The position numbers were made by a program, and so were the translations under genes. Shown one piece after another: positions 25,940 to 34,202 of a DNA stretch of 34,942 nucleotides (within the stretch, counting starts at the first letter, position 1; each line of letters begins with the position of its first letter). The notes under the pieces are model-generated. The model had not been told where the DNA came from. It did no database searches and was given only the letters and a program-made list of their open reading frames with translations. Origin of the DNA: Candidatus Delongbacteria bacterium (GTDB lineage Bacteria; UBA4055); assembly GCA_016937995.1 (NCBI GenBank), contig JAFGVM010000081.1:1-34942 (forward strand), written 5' to 3'.

Positions 25940-26689
25940 TTAAAATGCGGTAGTATAAATAACACGGACCTCTCTTCCAAGAGTTTCTCCAGTGTTTTTA
26001 AGAATATCTTTCACGTCGAACTCAAGATGCAGAACATTCTCAAAAGACCATCTTAATCCAATATTCAAGTATCCGTTACCTTTATTATTTCCTTCTTTAC
26101 TATTGTCATTCCAGGCAAAATCGTATTCGCAAAGCAAATTAACAGTGGGGACTATGCTCTTATCGAATCCGATGAACATATTAATGTTATCATCACCCTC
26201 GTATGGGTCTTCTTCAGTAACACAATAGTTAACTCCCCAATGGAAGCCTAAAGTCCCGAATTGTCCTTCAGCAACATAATAATTTTTGCTTAATACAAGA
26301 TAAAATCCTTTTGATTTGATCGCAAATCTGTCTCCAAGCCATTGTCCTGCTCCCTGGCTGTCAAAACCTACAGAAACATTTGGATAATAAAAATCCTCTT
26401 TAAATGCCAGGAACTGAATTCTCATCCCAGGTTGTCCATTCCATGCAGGAGTCTGATCACCTATAATGTTGGATGTACCATAACTGACACCAAAAAAGAA
26501 ATTCTCAAACACACCAATATTAACTTCTCCCATCATACCGTTAGATGCATAAAGTCTTCCACCTATTTCGATCTCAGCTCTGTTTAAAGAATATGCGGTT
26601 GGTGTATCAATGAGTCTTTTTGTGAATGCATCCTGACTTAACAGTACATTAACAGTGATTAAAGCAAAAATAAAGAAGATCTTTTTCAT
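25940..26689 (-). CDS. YjbH-like outer-membrane beta-barrel protein
   Basis: Signal peptide; LIDTPTAYSL, GFYLVLSKNY, GYLNIGLRW; terminal Phe (VRVIYTTAF). Confidence 0.7.
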   Translation of the reverse strand: MKKIFFIFALITVNVLLSQDAFTKRLIDTPTAYSLNRAEIEIGGRLYASNGMMGEVNIGVFENFFFGVSYGTSNIIGDQTPAWNGQPGMRIQFLAFKEDFYYPNVSVGFDSQGAGQWLGDRFAIKSKGFYLVLSKNYYVAEGQFGTLGFHWGVNYCVTEEDPYEGDDNINMFIGFDKSIVPTVNLLCEYDFAWNDNSKEGNNKGNGYLNIGLRWSFENVLHLEFDVKDILKNTGETLGREVRVIYTTAF

Positions 26690-26711
26690 TACAGTATCCC
26701 TATTGTTTTTT

Positions 26712-26739
26712 AAAAAAAAGGCACGATATTTCGTGCCTT
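26712..26739 (-). terminator. Intrinsic terminator after the GlmL-like operon
   Basis: AAGGCACGA-TATT-TCGTGCCTT with an A run on the left (U tail on the minus strand). Confidence 0.85.
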
Positions 26740-26748
26740 GAATTAATT

Positions 26749-27873
26749 CTATTTTTCGATCATTTCAATGTTAGCTCTTGGGATCAATACATCTTTACCA
26801 TCCACATTAGCTATCATTACTCTGACCCAAGTTCCTGATTCAACTTTGTGAAGTTCTACAGGAAGGCTTACTACAGTTCCAAGTTTTCCAAAATAAGGTG
26901 CTCTAATGATCCTGATCTGGTCACCGGTCTCAATTCCAGTCTGTGCATAATCTTTAGACGTATTATCATCGATATTCTCGTTATGCGTAATGATTATTTC
27001 AGGTCTCATAACACCTGCTCTGATCTGTGTAGCACCGTTAATTGATGCTTTATAGCCTTCGTACTTTTTTAGAAGATCAAATGTTCTTTGTGCCATTGGG
27101 ATAGTTCCGAAACCTTCTGTAAGGATCAATGTGAATCCGATATCCTCGTGACCGGTTATAGCAACACCCAGATCTCTGCCCAGAATATCCTTGATGTCCT
27201 GGTATTCGAAACATCCACTGATAATTCCTTTTACACCAATTTCTTTAGATTTCTTCAATGCTTCAGGTGTTACTTTAGATCCTGCTACAATTACTTTTCC
27301 TTTCATTGCTTCAGTGATCATTGTCTCATTCAGAATTGTTTCAGGTGAGGATGAAGCCATCATAATTTCACCCTGAGTTTCTCCACCAAGACCAATGATC
27401 CCCTGTATATGAACACCGGTAGTTCCCATGATCACACCTTCTTTTGGTATTTCCTCAAGAACCTTACCATCTACATAAGCATCAATTTCTACAGGAATAG
27501 CAGGAGCGTTAAAAATAACCTGTCCGGTAATTCCGGATATCTGACTTACTGTGCCGGTAATAGGTGCCTTATATTCGCTCTTAAAGAATCCGAAAAATCC
27601 TTTACTTTGAGCAACTAATTCGCCTTTTGTTACCTGATCACCCTCCTTTTTTAACATTGCCTCTGGTAATTCGCTTGCTTTTCCTAAAGCTAACTGACCT
27701 GCAACATTGATAGGGTATACTTTGCCGGGTAATTCTGTTTTTGCCACAATAGTACGGGCATCTATCATATCATCTTTTTTTACTAATACGTCACCAAGAA
27801 GCGGTAGTTTTCGGGTTTTTTCGATCTCAGTCTTTGCTGCAACTTTTAATCCCGGTGTATATGCATGAGCCAT
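26749..27873 (-). CDS. Hypothetical protein cotranscribed with the GlmL-like gene (barrel-sandwich hybrid segments, C-terminal KOW-like domain)
   Basis: SD AGGAG; KKEGDQVTKGELVA..KAPITGTVSQI (biotinyl/lipoyl-like fold pattern); GDQIRIIRAPYFGKLGTV (KOW-like). Confidence 0.8.
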   Translation of the reverse strand: MAHAYTPGLKVAAKTEIEKTRKLPLLGDVLVKKDDMIDARTIVAKTELPGKVYPINVAGQLALGKASELPEAMLKKEGDQVTKGELVAQSKGFFGFFKSEYKAPITGTVSQISGITGQVIFNAPAIPVEIDAYVDGKVLEEIPKEGVIMGTTGVHIQGIIGLGGETQGEIMMASSSPETILNETMITEAMKGKVIVAGSKVTPEALKKSKEIGVKGIISGCFEYQDIKDILGRDLGVAITGHEDIGFTLILTEGFGTIPMAQRTFDLLKKYEGYKASINGATQIRAGVMRPEIIITHNENIDDNTSKDYAQTGIETGDQIRIIRAPYFGKLGTVVSLPVELHKVESGTWVRVMIANVDGKDVLIPRANIEMIEK

Positions 27874-27909
27874 AAAACTCTCCTATTAAAAAACTTTTAA
27901 AATTATTAG

Positions 27910-29826
27910 TTAAACACCATCTTTATCAGACTTTGGAACATAATTCTTTGAAATATCCCACTCTCCAAGCATTTTTACACGATCTTTAAAATCTTTAGAG
28001 AATTTGAATGGTCTACCTCTTGTATCTATGATCAGACCAACCACTCCACCTCTTAAATTTCTAGTTACAGTTTTACCTTTTCCAGCTCCAACATCGAAAC
28101 CTTTTGCAGGTTCTATAACAAATTTCACTTCTTCATCGTATGGGAAATCATATCTGATAACCTTATTAGATTCGATCCATTCATTTAATTTAGTTCCATC
28201 AGGAAGTTCAGCTGTGATCTTTACAACTTCTTTGCCTTCTTTGATCTTTCCTACAGGACAAATGCTCATAGCCAAATGAATCAGACAGTCCTTATCGAAA
28301 ACTTCCATAGCAGCTCTTTCACAACCAGGAGCATCAACTTCAGATAGAACTCCGAGTTGAGGCATCATGAAGATCGAATCTACTGCCAGTTCTGTAATTC
28401 CTTCAGGTAGAAAAGCGTCAACGAGCATGTGTGCGGACTGACTTCTAAGAGGAGCATGAGAAAGAACACCTCCTGAACCTACAAGCATATCAAGCTCCAT
28501 CATGTTTATGATAGAGTCACTTGTATCAGTATCACTGAATGCATCAGCAATACCTTTTTCCTGCTGAATACCCTTTAATCCAACTGCGAAAGCTTTATGC
28601 TGAATGAAGGAGAGTCTTAAAGCCTCTCTTGCAATCGCCTGCTCAACATCAAGATCCTGTTTTGACTGAGGAATAGTTGTAGGACGGATCATTTTATTTC
28701 CTATTCCGTTCCTAAGTTCAGATTCATCCATTTCAAAGGGAACCCATCTCATAATATCATCTAAACCAGACTCCAAAAGAACATTTGAAACAGAATATGA
28801 CATTCCCAGATTAGCAGATACAGTTCTGTTGAATTTCAGATGTTGTTTACCTTCTTTATCCTCAAGTTTAAATACAGAGAAAATATCAGTCGTAGCACCA
28901 CCAATATCTACACCGACAACATTTTTATTCTGCAATTCACCGATCTTTTTTATGATCAGGCCAACTGCTCCCGGTGTAGGCATAATGGGTGCATCAGTCC
29001 ATTTCATTAATTTATTATAACCAGGAGCCTGTTGCATAACATGTTCCATAAACAGGTCATGGATCTTGTCTGAAGCAGGTCTTAAATTTTCATGTTCCAG
29101 CGAAGGTCTAAGATTAGGTACGATACTTAACGCTGTATCATTTTCCAAGATCTTTTTAATATCTTCCTGAGCTCTCTGGTTCCCTGCATATATAACAGGA
29201 AGTGCATAGCCTGCACCAAGTCTTGCAGTCGGTCTTGCTGATTTAACAAGTTCAGACATTCCTATAACATGTTTAGGTTTTGCCTGATCCGTTTCTCCGG
29301 CAATTAGTATCATATCCGGTCTTAATGCTCTGATCCTTTCAATCTTTTCATGGGGAAGTCTTCCATCGTTGATCGCCAATACATCCATAACGATCGCACC
29401 TGCACCCAAAGCTGCTCTCTGAGCAGATTCGGCTGTCATTCCTTTAACTACTCCGAATACCATCATCTGAAGACCTCCACCTGCTGAAGAAGTGGATATG
29501 TATATATCACATCCTTCTTCGATGCCTTCAGAATTTACCGTTTTTCTCAGAATTTGCTCATTAGCTACAAATGTTCTCTTCTGGTTGTAATATTTACTAC
29601 CTTTTGCAGCATCTGACTTATAATATTCAGTAGCTAATTCTTCAAGTTCCATAATTGCATTCAGTACACCTTTAGTAACATCTTCAAATGGAGCTTCAAC
29701 AGTGGTAGGGGCTTCACCCCTGACAAGCTGACGATATTCATCGCCAACTTTTTCGATCAGGATCGCTTTTGTCGTAGTTGATCCGCAATCGGTTGCAATG
29801 ATCGTTGTGACTTCTTGGTTGGACAT
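27910..29826 (-). CDS. GlmL/MutL-family (glutamate mutase L-like) ASKHA ATPase
   Basis: TDCGSTTTKA, APTTVE, SSAGGGL, AALGAGA, VIYAGN, MPTPGAV, VDIGGATTDIFS, GSGGVL; SD GAGGT. Confidence 0.88.
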   Translation of the reverse strand: MSNQEVTTIIATDCGSTTTKAILIEKVGDEYRQLVRGEAPTTVEAPFEDVTKGVLNAIMELEELATEYYKSDAAKGSKYYNQKRTFVANEQILRKTVNSEGIEEGCDIYISTSSAGGGLQMMVFGVVKGMTAESAQRAALGAGAIVMDVLAINDGRLPHEKIERIRALRPDMILIAGETDQAKPKHVIGMSELVKSARPTARLGAGYALPVIYAGNQRAQEDIKKILENDTALSIVPNLRPSLEHENLRPASDKIHDLFMEHVMQQAPGYNKLMKWTDAPIMPTPGAVGLIIKKIGELQNKNVVGVDIGGATTDIFSVFKLEDKEGKQHLKFNRTVSANLGMSYSVSNVLLESGLDDIMRWVPFEMDESELRNGIGNKMIRPTTIPQSKQDLDVEQAIAREALRLSFIQHKAFAVGLKGIQQEKGIADAFSDTDTSDSIINMMELDMLVGSGGVLSHAPLRSQSAHMLVDAFLPEGITELAVDSIFMMPQLGVLSEVDAPGCERAAMEVFDKDCLIHLAMSICPVGKIKEGKEVVKITAELPDGTKLNEWIESNKVIRYDFPYDEEVKFVIEPAKGFDVGAGKGKTVTRNLRGGVVGLIIDTRGRPFKFSKDFKDRVKMLGEWDISKNYVPKSDKDGV

Positions 29827-29886
29827 TAATTACCTCAAAATTTATGTTAATTAATACATTTTACATAACTTCTTAATCAAGTAAAG

Positions 29887-29915
29887 AATATATTTATAAT
29901 CAGGGATTTTAGCAA
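29887..29915 (-). promoter_or_regulatory. Putative sigma70 promoter of the GlmL-like operon
   Basis: Minus strand TTGCTA-N17-TATATT. Confidence 0.6.
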
Positions 29916-30142
29916 GATTGTTTTTATTTTTTAATTACAATGAATATGACAGGATGTTGATATTACGGTGCGAGATGCTACCGTATCTGTTTTCAAAGAA
30001 TTTTTAGATTGATTAATCAAAATTATTTGATCAATTTATGTTCATTATAAATCAGGCTGAAGAATGTATTGAGATTAAAATTTAGGTAGAGTTGTATACT
30101 GTTTTGATCATTAGATCAGGGTTTGAAAGAAAGGGAAAAGAG

Positions 30143-30766
30143 ATGAGAATGAAAAATATATTTATAATAGGATTATTAGCACTGGGAATTTGGTACTGGT
30201 ACGATATGCAGCCGGTTACTTATGGTCATGGTCAGATAGCACCGGATGCACCGAAACAAGTTTTAGGTTCAAAGAAAAAATTCAACTTTAAAGACGATTA
30301 TGAAATTTTACCTTTAGCTACTTTTGATATAACTGCCAGAGTACTTTCAAGAAAGAGATACTGGACTGGTAGAGATTCCGAATTAGCTCCGGTCGATCTG
30401 GCTTTAGGTTGGGGCCCGATGTCTGATGAAAAAGTACTGGATCAACTTAAAATAAGTCAGAGTAACAGATGGTTCTATTGGAGATGTAAAAAGTTACCTA
30501 TACCTCAACAGGATATTCTGTATAATTCTGCGAATATGCATCTTATTCCGGCTGATGATCAGATCGAAAGCAGAATAAAAGATGCTAAAAAGGGCGATCT
30601 TGTAAAGTTCAAAGGTTACCTTGTAAGGGTTGAAGGGGATAAGGGCTGGTACTGGCAGGGTTCACTGAGCAGAACTGATACAGGTGATGGAGCTTGTGAA
30701 GTTGTTTTCGTAAAGGAATTTGAGATAATAGATAAAGACAGTGTCCTGTCTAAAATGAAAATGTAA
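30143..30766 (+). CDS. Hypothetical N-terminally anchored exported protein
   Basis: Start moved to ATG 30143 (or 30149); N-terminal hydrophobic helix; motif-like APVDLALGWG, SANMHLIPA, SLSRTDTGDGACE. Confidence 0.8.
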   Translation: MRMKNIFIIGLLALGIWYWYDMQPVTYGHGQIAPDAPKQVLGSKKKFNFKDDYEILPLATFDITARVLSRKRYWTGRDSELAPVDLALGWGPMSDEKVLDQLKISQSNRWFYWRCKKLPIPQQDILYNSANMHLIPADDQIESRIKDAKKGDLVKFKGYLVRVEGDKGWYWQGSLSRTDTGDGACEVVFVKEFEIIDKDSVLSKMKM

Positions 30767-30776
30767 TTTATTTTTA

Positions 30777-30805
30777 TTGCTTTTGTAATTAGTTTGTTGT
30801 ATTTT
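30777..30805 (+). promoter_or_regulatory. Putative promoter of the T9SS cargo gene
   Basis: TTGCTT-N17-TATTTT. Confidence 0.4.
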
Positions 30806-30852
30806 TAATTTGCGGTTATCAAAATATCTTAAAATTTAATGGGGTATATAAA

Positions 30853-32466
30853 ATGAAAAAGACAGTTTTAGTAGCTTTTATTGTTTGCTTTTCATCGTTT
30901 CTTTTTTCGCAGACTCAGGTCCAGGGCGATGTGCTTACTTCTACGTGGACATTAGAAAATTCTCCTTACGAAATTATGGGAGATATTGTAATCCTGAATG
31001 GTGAAAGACTGACAATTGAAGAAGGTGTTGAAGTCGTTTTTTATGGACATTATATGATAAATGTTCAGGGTTCGATCGTTGCGAATGGAACATCTGATGA
31101 AATGATAACTTTCCGGTCAGTTGATGAAGAGACCAAATGGTTCGGGATAAGATTTCTATATACCACCGACAACAGTCCGTCAACAATAAATTATTGTCAT
31201 ATCCGGGATGCTAAGTCAATTTTGGAAGAACTCACTGGTGAAGATGCTTGGGACCTTAGACACGGTGGTGCAATATACTCAAGGAATTTTTCAAATTTCA
31301 CAGTATCGAACTGTATAATTGAAAATAATATAGCTGCAACGGGTGCAGGGATAGGGCTTATGTACTCAAGTCCAACTATCAAGGACAATTTGATAAGATA
31401 CAATTTATCAACAGGACCATCTTCCGGTTGGGGAGCAGGTATTTCAATTGCAATGGACAGTAATCCAATGGTAAGAGGCAATATCATTGAGTATAATGCA
31501 TGTGAAGGTCCAAATTATTGCGGTGGATCAGGAATGTATATTGAGCAGGCAGAACCAAAAATACATAATAATATAGTCAGGTATAACACAGTCTCTCATT
31601 CAGCTAAGAATTATGACGGAGCTGCCTTTTATATTCATACTGCAAGCCCTCAATTCGTAGGGAATCTTATTTACGGTAACTATGGACTGGATAATGTGAA
31701 TGACGGTGGTGGATTTTTTCTGTATATGTGTAACTCCCATTTCGTAAACAATACTATAAAAACAAACCTTGCAAGCAGGGGAGGGGGATTCTTTTTTAGA
31801 GAATCAAGTCCTGTTTTTCATAACAATATAATCAGATACAACGACGATCTTGGAGGTGGTGAGCAGATATACTTAAACGATGATAATTGTGATCCTGATT
31901 TTATTAATAACAATATCCAGGGTGGGGTTGAAGGATTTGGGGGAAGCGGAGCTGATTCCTATACAGGAGATTATATAAACAATGTTGATGAAGACCCCAA
32001 ATATGTTGATGCAAAGGGTGACGATTTTAATCTAACTTCTGACTCCCCTTGTGTTAACTCCGGTTTAAGCTATATCGAAGGGTTTGAATTTCCTCTGGAT
32101 GACCTGAACGGAAATTTAAGAATATTTGGTGATGATGTTGATATGGGAGCTTGCGAATTTGGTTCTACTTCTGAGATTCAGAATGGAGAATTGATAATTA
32201 AGAATTTCACTTTAGATCAGAATTATCCTAATCCATTTAACCCAACAACAACAATTAAGTATTCTATATCCGAAACTTCTTCAGTTAACCTGAACGTATA
32301 TAACATGCAGGGACAACTGGTAAAAAATTTAGTTAATGAAGTTCAAAAAGCAGGTATTCATAATGTTGAATTCAGAGCGGATGACATAATAAGCGGTGTA
32401 TATTTTTATTCATTGGTCTTAGATGGTGCCGTTACCGAAAGTAAAAAGATGATATTAGTTAAATAA
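30853..32466 (+). CDS. Right-handed parallel beta-helix protein with T9SS type A sorting domain
   Basis: Signal peptide; WTLENSPY..LTIEEGV; repeated GGAIY/GAGI..N..I..N; DLNGNLRI..VDMGACEF; CTD LDQNYPNPFNPTTTIKY..VYNMQGQLV..SGVYFY..KKMILVK. Confidence 0.92.
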   Translation: MKKTVLVAFIVCFSSFLFSQTQVQGDVLTSTWTLENSPYEIMGDIVILNGERLTIEEGVEVVFYGHYMINVQGSIVANGTSDEMITFRSVDEETKWFGIRFLYTTDNSPSTINYCHIRDAKSILEELTGEDAWDLRHGGAIYSRNFSNFTVSNCIIENNIAATGAGIGLMYSSPTIKDNLIRYNLSTGPSSGWGAGISIAMDSNPMVRGNIIEYNACEGPNYCGGSGMYIEQAEPKIHNNIVRYNTVSHSAKNYDGAAFYIHTASPQFVGNLIYGNYGLDNVNDGGGFFLYMCNSHFVNNTIKTNLASRGGGFFFRESSPVFHNNIIRYNDDLGGGEQIYLNDDNCDPDFINNNIQGGVEGFGGSGADSYTGDYINNVDEDPKYVDAKGDDFNLTSDSPCVNSGLSYIEGFEFPLDDLNGNLRIFGDDVDMGACEFGSTSEIQNGELIIKNFTLDQNYPNPFNPTTTIKYSISETSSVNLNVYNMQGQLVKNLVNEVQKAGIHNVEFRADDIISGVYFYSLVLDGAVTESKKMILVK

Positions 32467-32481
32467 ATTATGTTGATAATG

Positions 32482-32513
32482 AAAAAAAAGCGATCCAATG
32501 ATCGCTTTTTTTT
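32482..32513. terminator. Bidirectional intrinsic terminator
   Basis: A8-GCGATC-CAAT-GATCGC-T8 between convergent genes; overlaps the radical SAM stop codon. Confidence 0.92.
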
Positions 32514-33498
32514 ATTTAGTTTTCTTCCCTAAGAAAAATTCCCGCATATATGGTCCGGTTGCATCAAGAAAATCTGAAACACCACTGAACCTTGAAGTTG
32601 CAAAATATTGATACCAACCACATTGCCTTGTACAATTTGCCATGGTTTTTCTGTCATTGATAGCTTGAGAACTGTTTAAAAAATCCATAAGATCATCTTC
32701 CTGAAGTTTTATCGTCTTTTTCTTAAGGGTTCTGCATGGATAGAATAACGATCCGTCAGCATCGATGATTATTGAACTCGGACTGCAACCGCCTTTCTTT
32801 TTTCTTACCTCCTTAAAGTAAGAATTCGGAGTAATGATAGTCTCAGGATATTTTTTCTTAAGTCTTATTATCTCTTTTTCAAGTTTATCAAAATCCGGGA
32901 AATGATCATCAGTATTGTCTAAGTGTACTGCAGGCATTAAAAGTATCTTACTGCCAGAGTCATAGCATTGTTTTACTTTATCCTCAACATAAGGTTGATC
33001 TTCTTTTGCAACAACTGTTTGAACACAAACTATCATGTCAAATTTATTAATTTCTTTCAACGAGTCGAATAAGTGCATATTATCATGACCTTCATCTATG
33101 GAAATATGAAGAAAGTCGATATACTTCTGATATCTGTACCATGGATAATCAAGAATATTTTTCTGACTTGTAGTGAACAGAAGATAAAATGGTTGTTTGT
33201 AGGTTTCTTTCAGGATATCTTCGATATCATTTCTTAGAAGTGGTTCTCCACCCTCTAAAGACAATAGGAATAAAGATGATCTTCCAAGATTTCTTATTAT
33301 TTTTTTTATTTCATCTGTAGGTATATCCGGTGTCTGGAAATATTTCATGTCGCAGAATTTACAATTAAAATGACATCTTGATGTTACTTTCAGAGAAGCA
33401 TAGAATGGGAATTTTTCATTGATAAAGTTTCTACCTGAGCATTTTAATACTTCCAGGTATCTGCTGAATGATAATTTCCTGATCTTTTTTATCGGCAT
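32512..33498 (-). CDS. Radical SAM protein with Twitch/SPASM-like C-terminal cysteines
   Basis: CHFNCKFC (CxxxCxxC), GGEPLL, ISIDEG, C-terminal C..DGSLFYPC..CTRQC. Confidence 0.92.
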   Translation of the reverse strand: MPIKKIRKLSFSRYLEVLKCSGRNFINEKFPFYASLKVTSRCHFNCKFCDMKYFQTPDIPTDEIKKIIRNLGRSSLFLLSLEGGEPLLRNDIEDILKETYKQPFYLLFTTSQKNILDYPWYRYQKYIDFLHISIDEGHDNMHLFDSLKEINKFDMIVCVQTVVAKEDQPYVEDKVKQCYDSGSKILLMPAVHLDNTDDHFPDFDKLEKEIIRLKKKYPETIITPNSYFKEVRKKKGGCSPSSIIIDADGSLFYPCRTLKKKTIKLQEDDLMDFLNSSQAINDRKTMANCTRQCGWYQYFATSRFSGVSDFLDATGPYMREFFLGKKTK

Positions 33499-33602
33499 TA
33501 TGGATCCTGTATTTATATCAGCTGGAAAAGTACAAAAAATAATGGTGATTTACAAGAATATATGATATATTGTGATTTAACAAATTAAACAATCGGTAAT
33601 TC

Positions 33603-34202
33603 ATGGAAGAATACAAGAGACTCTTCATTGCAGTCAAAGTTCAAATTGAACCATCACTTGAGAAATATATTTTATCATTGAAGGAGTTATTCGGTGATTC
33701 ACGTATTAAATGGGTAAGATCCGATAATCTTCATTTAACTCTAAAATTTCTCGGTAAAACTCATATCTCAAAGATTGATAATATTTCTATTGAATTATCA
33801 GAAATAGCCGGAAAAAGTGAACCTTTTAACATGAAGATACAGGGAAGTGGAGTTTTTAAAGATTTTTTTAGACCTACAATTCTGTGGGTTGGAGTTAGGA
33901 ATCATGATATCTTCGATATATTAAAAAATGATATTGAAAACAAAATGGGCGATCTAAATTTTCAGATAGATCATAAGCGATTCAAACCTCATTTAACTAT
34001 TGGCAGGATCAAAGAAATTAACAAAAGGGATGAATTTGAAAAATTTGTTAGGAGTTACGAACATATTTTATTTCAGATGATCAATGTTAATGAAATTATT
34101 TTATATGAGAGTATTTTAAAGCCAGAAGGTCCTGAGTATGTCGAGTTAGAGAAGTTTAAAATGGGGAAGAGCGGAACCGGGCTTGTTACTGAAAGGTTTT
34201 AA
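33603..34202 (+). CDS. thpR: RNA 2',3'-cyclic phosphodiesterase (2H phosphoesterase)
   Basis: [34 protein letters not shown]. Confidence 0.95.
   Translation: MEEYKRLFIAVKVQIEPSLEKYILSLKELFGDSRIKWVRSDNLHLTLKFLGKTHISKIDNISIELSEIAGKSEPFNMKIQGSGVFKDFFRPTILWVGVRNHDIFDILKNDIENKMGDLNFQIDHKRFKPHLTIGRIKEINKRDEFEKFVRSYEHILFQMINVNEIILYESILKPEGPEYVELEKFKMGKSGTGLVTERF

Noticed and set aside
24215-28279. Antisense ORFs such as 24215-24658, 25469-25708 and 27088-27618
   Set aside because: They lie wholly opposite well-supported genes and show no recognisable motifs.
27910-29826. DNA mismatch repair MutL
   Set aside because: Name clash only; the motifs are ASKHA-type (DxGSTTTK, DIGGATTD), not GHKL.
29827-30140. 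Cobalamin riboswitch upstream of the GlmL-like gene
   Set aside because: No B12-box or GGGAA core on the minus strand; the predicted leader is only ~55 nt.
34199-34202. Convergent thpR/uvrB overlap
   Set aside because: A shared TTAA stop overlap is a common compact-genome arrangement.
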